The translations under genes were made by a program, and so were the position numbers. From Archangium sp. (lineage in GTDB: Bacteria > Myxococcota > Myxococcia > Myxococcales > Myxococcaceae), in assembly GCA_031367385.1 (NCBI GenBank), contig JANLPS010000342.1:1-20709 (forward strand): DNA of 20,709 nt, in the 5' to 3' direction. Shown piece after piece: positions 16,103-20,709 of this stretch. Each line of letters begins with the position of its first letter. Within the stretch, counting starts at the first letter, position 1. The notes under the pieces are model-generated. The model was not told the DNA's origin. It made no database searches and was given only the letters and a program-made list of their open reading frames with translations.

Positions 16103-17454
16103 GGAGCAGCCCGTTGAGCGGCCAGCGCCTTTCGCTGCATCGAGCGCGTCAACGCCCAGGCGACCAGCGCGACGACCGAGACCACGCCGACCCACCCGAG
16201 CAGCGACGGGTTGTCGCGAAAGCCGAAGTACAACATCAGCACCGCCGACAGCACGTACACGCCCGCGGCCACCAGGCTCAGCACGGCCGGCTTCTCTTGG
16301 GCCGTCTTCGCCCGGCGCGCCTGCACGAACAACCCAGAGACGGTGAGCGCGGCGAAGAGCACCAAAATCGCGCCGACGTTCGAGAGCACGGTGCGCAGCT
16401 CGTGAGTGAACAGCACCACCAGCGCCAGCGCGCCCTGCAAGGCGACCGCGCCTCGGGGAGCCTTGCCCTGGGCGCCCGCAAGCCACTTCGGCAAGAACCC
16501 ATCGCGGGCCATCGCGGCGTAGACCCGCGGGCCGACCAAGGTCATCGCGCTCATCGCCGAAATGAAGAGCAGCAACATCATCAAGCTCATCGCCTTCGCG
16601 GCCGAGGGCCCGAGCAGGTGCGCCATCACCGCCTGGCCCAGCGTGACCGAGTCTGAGCCTCCTTTGAGCGAGGCAAAGTCGTTGTAGCCGAACACCACCG
16701 TGCCCTCGGCCGGCGTGAGGTTCGCGACGAAGATGTAGTTCACGACCAGGTACAGCGCGCCCACCGACAGGCACCCCAACAGCATCGCGCGTGGCACATC
16801 GCGGGTCGGGTTCTTGAATTCGTCTGACGCGTAGATCGCCGCGTTCCACCCTGAGAAGGCGAAGGCGATGAAGAACAGGCTGCCCGCGAACCCCGAGGCG
16901 GTCATGCCGCTCAAGTCAGGCGGCTGCCACGTGGGAAAGGCAATCGACCCGACGGCCAGGCCGACGCCGACGAAGCCCACCAACAGAATCACCTTCACCG
17001 CGACCAACGCGTTCTGCACCCGCGCCGAGAAGTGAATGCCAAACGCGTGCACCGCGGTCAGCACCACCACCATCGCCGCGGCAAACACGCGAGGCTCGAC
17101 GCCGGGCCAGACCGAGCGCGCGAACGCGCCAGCCGCCAACGCGTCGAGCGCAATGGGTGCCGAGAACCCGACCAGCAGCGACGCCCACCCGGCCACGTAG
17201 CCCAGCGCGGGGTGCCAGAGGGTCGAGAGGTAGCGGTACTCCCCGCCGCCTGCGGGCACCAGACGGGCCACCTCGGCATAGGCCCTTGCGCCGGCCAGCG
17301 CGAGCACCGCGCCCACCACCCACGCGATGAGAATCGTGCCGGGCGTCATGCTCTGCGCCATGAACCCGGTCGAGAGAAACACTCCCGCGCCGACCATGTT
17401 GGCGACGACCAGCCCGACGCCTGACCACAACCCGAGAGTTTTAGGAGATGACAC
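16099..17454 (-). CDS. APC superfamily amino acid permease
   Basis: LVVANMVGAGVF, VPAGGGEYRYL, FAFSGWNAAIYASDEFKNPTRDVPRA, GPRVYAAMARDGFLP, and about 12 TM helices. Confidence 0.95.
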   Translation of the reverse strand: MSSPKTLGLWSGVGLVVANMVGAGVFLSTGFMAQSMTPGTILIAWVVGAVLALAGARAYAEVARLVPAGGGEYRYLSTLWHPALGYVAGWASLLVGFSAPIALDALAAGAFARSVWPGVEPRVFAAAMVVVLTAVHAFGIHFSARVQNALVAVKVILLVGFVGVGLAVGSIAFPTWQPPDLSGMTASGFAGSLFFIAFAFSGWNAAIYASDEFKNPTRDVPRAMLLGCLSVGALYLVVNYIFVANLTPAEGTVVFGYNDFASLKGGSDSVTLGQAVMAHLLGPSAAKAMSLMMLLLFISAMSAMTLVGPRVYAAMARDGFLPKWLAGAQGKAPRGAVALQGALALVVLFTHELRTVLSNVGAILVLFAALTVSGLFVQARRAKTAQEKPAVLSLVAAGVYVLSAVLMLYFGFRDNPSLLGWVGVVSVVALVAWALTRSMQRKALAAQRAAP

Positions 17455-17484
17455 TGAGTCGAGAGATGTAGTCCACCGCGCCGC

Positions 17485-18555
17485 TCAGTACACCCAGGGA
17501 ATCACGCGGTACGGCACCCGCTGCTGGTACTCGACCCACATCGGCCCGTACTTGGCCGCACACCGGGTGTCGTCGTCGCGTTGACGGGGCAGCAACAGCA
17601 GCACGTAGTACAGCGGGTAGAGCCACGGCCACACCGACCCGGGCCAGCCCAGGCTCAGCGCCAACCCCGAGGCCATCAGAATTTCGCCCAGGTAGTTGAT
17701 GTGCCGCGACAGGCCCCAGAACCCGCTGATCAGCACCCGCCGATTGCCCGGGCCCACGAGAAATTTCGGCTCGAGCACGCCGAACGCCTTTCTCTGAGCA
17801 TCGCGCTTGAACCAATACTTCTGCAGGTTCGCGCCGCGCGAGAGCACCCACCCCGAGAAGAAGAGCGCCGCCACCAGCCCCAGCACCAGCCCAGGCGTAT
17901 GCGGGTTGGGCGCCCCGGCCAGAGCCCACAGACCCACCGGGTAGAAGAACGGGTAAAAAACCAGGCACCCCCAGGTCAGCTTGAAGCCGACCCGCTCGGC
18001 GACGAAGTCGTAGGTGTACAGATGCACCTCTTCGAAGAAGAGGTACTCGGTCAGAAAAAACGTGAAGAGCCCGGCATACAGCGCCACGCCCGGCGAGGGG
18101 TCATCGGGGTGGGTTTGCCAATGGTACGCCGCGAACGAGAGCACGTTGAGCTCGAGCATCGTCGCGCCCGCCAGGTACAGGTACATCTTCGCGTCGACCC
18201 GGTTGGCGAAGTACTGCGGGTTCTCATGCCGGCCCAGAAAGAGGTCGGGCAGCAGCCCCTTCACGGGCGGAGCAGTGAGCACGACGAGCGCCGACGCGAG
18301 CAGCCCGAGCGCACAGGCACCAATGACCATCTCCCAGCGGTGCAGGTAGAAAAAATCCCACGGCACGAGGCCGGCCCAGCAGAAGCCGGCCCACAGTGCG
18401 AGCGTGATGACGAACACCCGAAGCCCGTTGAGCCGGTACCGCAGCGGGCGGCCATCGGCTCCGTGCACGTAGCCGTCGACCCAGCGCGCGGGCACCACGA
18501 GGTGAAGGGTGAGAACGAGCAGGTACACGACCGCCGGCCCGACGAGCGACAACAT
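17485..18555 (-). CDS. ERG4/ERG24 family sterol reductase-like membrane protein
   Basis: YRLNGL, FLGRHENP, TYDFVAERVGFKLTWGCLVFYP, GANLQKYWFK, family signature LISGFWGLSRHINYLGE, RQRDDDTRCAAKYGPMWVEYQQRVPYRVIP. Confidence 0.92.
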   Translation of the reverse strand: MLSLVGPAVVYLLVLTLHLVVPARWVDGYVHGADGRPLRYRLNGLRVFVITLALWAGFCWAGLVPWDFFYLHRWEMVIGACALGLLASALVVLTAPPVKGLLPDLFLGRHENPQYFANRVDAKMYLYLAGATMLELNVLSFAAYHWQTHPDDPSPGVALYAGLFTFFLTEYLFFEEVHLYTYDFVAERVGFKLTWGCLVFYPFFYPVGLWALAGAPNPHTPGLVLGLVAALFFSGWVLSRGANLQKYWFKRDAQRKAFGVLEPKFLVGPGNRRVLISGFWGLSRHINYLGEILMASGLALSLGWPGSVWPWLYPLYYVLLLLPRQRDDDTRCAAKYGPMWVEYQQRVPYRVIPWVY

Positions 18556-18658
18556 GGCGTGCGCTTATGCCAGACTCCGGGCAAGAAACACCGCGCTCTG
18601 AGCAGCACCTTCATTCTCCCGATTGTCGGGGCTGGCGCAGTGCAGTACGCCCTGAGGA

Positions 18659-19246
18659 ATGGACGCTCTGCGCACCCCCATTGGCGGGGCGTTGATTTGG
18701 GTGGTGCTTCACTCGCTCGACTACTTCATGACGCTGTGGGGCGAGACAGAGCGTCGCCGTCGCGCTGACCGAGTCATCATCATTTCGGGCAGCTACGAGC
18801 TCAACCCGCTGTTTCAAAAAGACGTCGATGGCCGTCGCTGGCTCTCGGCGCGATTCGTCGTCACCCTCTTCGGAGTCGCCGCGCTCATCGCCGCCGCAAA
18901 CGCCTTGGCCGCCAAAGTACCCGACGGCAAAGCGGGCCAAGACGGGTTGCTCGGCGTTCTGCTCTTCACTCGAACCGTCATCATCGCCAGACACCTTCAA
19001 AACATCTGGCTGTTTCGTCGCATGGCGACCCACCCCAGCTCGGTCGAAGGTCAGCTGCGGTACGAGCGACGAACCGTGCTCCTGCTCTCCGCCACGCAAG
19101 TGGCGAGCGTGTCTGCGCTGGTCGCGCTGGCTGCAGCCCTCTCACCAGCGCCGGTGCTCATCGGCGGCGCGCTTGGGCTCACGCTCTTGACCCTCTTGAA
19201 CGTGGCGTTGGCGTTCAAGCGAACAGCCGTTGCCCCGGGCTCATGA
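18659..19246 (+). CDS. Hypothetical membrane protein (DUF5658-like D...T / ELNP motif)
   Basis: GAGGA before the ATG, about 5 hydrophobic helices, LDYFMTLWG...SYELNPLF. The family resemblance is from memory and unverified. Confidence 0.7.
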   Translation: MDALRTPIGGALIWVVLHSLDYFMTLWGETERRRRADRVIIISGSYELNPLFQKDVDGRRWLSARFVVTLFGVAALIAAANALAAKVPDGKAGQDGLLGVLLFTRTVIIARHLQNIWLFRRMATHPSSVEGQLRYERRTVLLLSATQVASVSALVALAAALSPAPVLIGGALGLTLLTLLNVALAFKRTAVAPGS

Positions 19247-19259
19247 CGGCTGCCTTGGC

Positions 19260-20709
19260 TTACGCCTTCGCGAGCTGACGCAGCACGTACTGCAAGATGC
19301 CGCCGTGCCGGTAGTAGTCGAGCTCGTTGGGCGTATCGATGCGCGCGATCACGGTGAACACCTTGGAGGTGCCGTCGTCGGCCGTGGCGGTCACGGTGAG
19401 CTTCTTGCCCGGCGCCAGCCCCAACGCGATGCCCTCGATGCTGTAGGTCTCTTTGCCGTTCAAGCCCAGCGTCGCGGCGTCTTGGCCGTGCTCGAATTGG
19501 CAAGGCAGCACACCCATGCCGATCAAGTTCGAGCGGTGAATGCGCTCGAAGCTCTTGGTGATGACCGCGCGAACGCCGAGCAACATCGTGCCCTTCGCGG
19601 CCCAGTCGCGTGACGAGCCGGTGCCGTACTCGGCGCCGGCCAGCACCACCAACTGCCGGCCCTCGGCCTGGTACCGCATCGCCGCGTCGTAGATGAACAT
19701 CTGCTCGCCGCTGGGCATGTGCTTGGTCACGCCGCCTTCGACACCGGGCACCAACAAGTTCTTGAGCCGAATGTTGGCGAAGGTGCCTCGCATCATCACC
19801 TCGTGGTTGCCGCGCCGCGCGCCGAAGCTGTTGAAGTCTTCGGGCTTGACGCCCTGCTCGCCCAGGTACTTCGAGGCGGGGCCCTTCTTGTCGATGTCTC
19901 CGGCGGGCGAGATGTGGTCGGTCGTAATCGAGTCACCCAGCAGCGCGAGCACCCGCGCACCGGCGATGTCTTTGAGCGGCGCGGGAGTCACCGGCATGCC
20001 GTCGAAGAACGGAGGCTTTCGCACGTAGGTCGACTTCGGGTCCCACTTGAAGGTGGCGCCGGTCGAGACCTTGAGCGCCTGCCACTGGGTGTCACCCTTG
20101 AGTACATCGGCGTAGCGCTTCTTGAACTGCTCGGGCTTGACCTGCTGCATCGCCACCGCGAGCTCTTCAGGGGTCGGCCAGACGTCTTTCAAGAACACCG
20201 CCTTGCCCGAGCGGTCGAAGCCAATCGCCTCGGTCGCGGGGTCCCAATTGGTGTGGCCGGCGAGGGCGTAGGCCACCACCAGCGGCGGAGACGCCAAGAA
20301 GTTCATTCGCACCTGCGGGTGCACCCGGCCCTCGAAGTTTCGATTGCCCGAGATGACCGCCGCGGCCGCCAGCCCCGAGGTCTCGATGGCTTTCGAGACC
20401 GCCTCAGGCAACGGCCCGGAGTTGCCGATGCACGTGGTGCAGCCGTAGCCAACCAGGTGAAAGCCCAGCGCCTCGAGGTACGGCATCAACCCAGCTTGGG
20501 TCAGGTACTCGGTCACCACCTGGCTGCCCGGCGCGAGCGAGGTCTTGACCCACGGCTTGGTGTCGAGACCCATCTCGACGGCCTTCTTCGCCACCAGCCC
20601 CGCGGCCATCAGCACTGACGGGTTCGAGGTGTTGGTGCACGAGGTGATCGCCGCGATGACGACCGCTCCGTTGGTCAGCTCATAGCTCTGCGAGCCCTGC
20701 GTGACGACG
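19260..20709 (-). CDS. acnA: Aconitate hydratase A (5' end lies beyond the window)
   Basis: [72 protein letters not shown]. Confidence 0.98.
   Translation of the reverse strand, partial: VVTQGSQSYELTNGAVVIAAITSCTNTSNPSVLMAAGLVAKKAVEMGLDTKPWVKTSLAPGSQVVTEYLTQAGLMPYLEALGFHLVGYGCTTCIGNSGPLPEAVSKAIETSGLAAAAVISGNRNFEGRVHPQVRMNFLASPPLVVAYALAGHTNWDPATEAIGFDRSGKAVFLKDVWPTPEELAVAMQQVKPEQFKKRYADVLKGDTQWQALKVSTGATFKWDPKSTYVRKPPFFDGMPVTPAPLKDIAGARVLALLGDSITTDHISPAGDIDKKGPASKYLGEQGVKPEDFNSFGARRGNHEVMMRGTFANIRLKNLLVPGVEGGVTKHMPSGEQMFIYDAAMRYQAEGRQLVVLAGAEYGTGSSRDWAAKGTMLLGVRAVITKSFERIHRSNLIGMGVLPCQFEHGQDAATLGLNGKETYSIEGIALGLAPGKKLTVTATADDGTSKVFTVIARIDTPNELDYYRHGGILQYVLRQLAKA

Noticed and set aside
16103..16849. 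N-terminal extension of the 887-aa kinase ORF in the track
   Set aside because: It is an Arg/Gly-rich off-frame shadow inside the APC permease. The real start is ATG 16102.
17581..18768. 395-aa plus-strand ORF
   Set aside because: It is antisense to the well-supported sterol reductase, with a composition typical of a shadow ORF.

Overview
GC-rich bacterial window that looks myxobacterial (Myxococcota), inferred from two Hanks-type Ser/Thr kinases, Asp-Ala-Gly-repeat lipoproteins and a sterol reductase homologue. Left to right: a large 3'-truncated kinase-nSTAND NTPase-TM-WD40 gene missing from the ORF track; a divergent coupled pair (tandem DUF6065-like protein plus SAM methyltransferase); pilD; a three-repeat beta-rich hypothetical; an alpha/beta-hydrolase lipoprotein; a possible frameshifted gene; a YdcF/DUF218 lipoprotein; proB; a small hypothetical; a minus-strand run (ERG4/ERG24 reductase, APC permease, membrane Ser/Thr kinase, orphan ORF, recX); a membrane protein; and partial acnA. 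The most unusual structure is a 77-aa ORF between the kinase and recX. It is a diverged duplicate of the kinase's C-terminal domain and shares an exact 21-bp junction repeat with it. I found no RNA genes, CRISPR arrays, transposases or reverse transcriptase.
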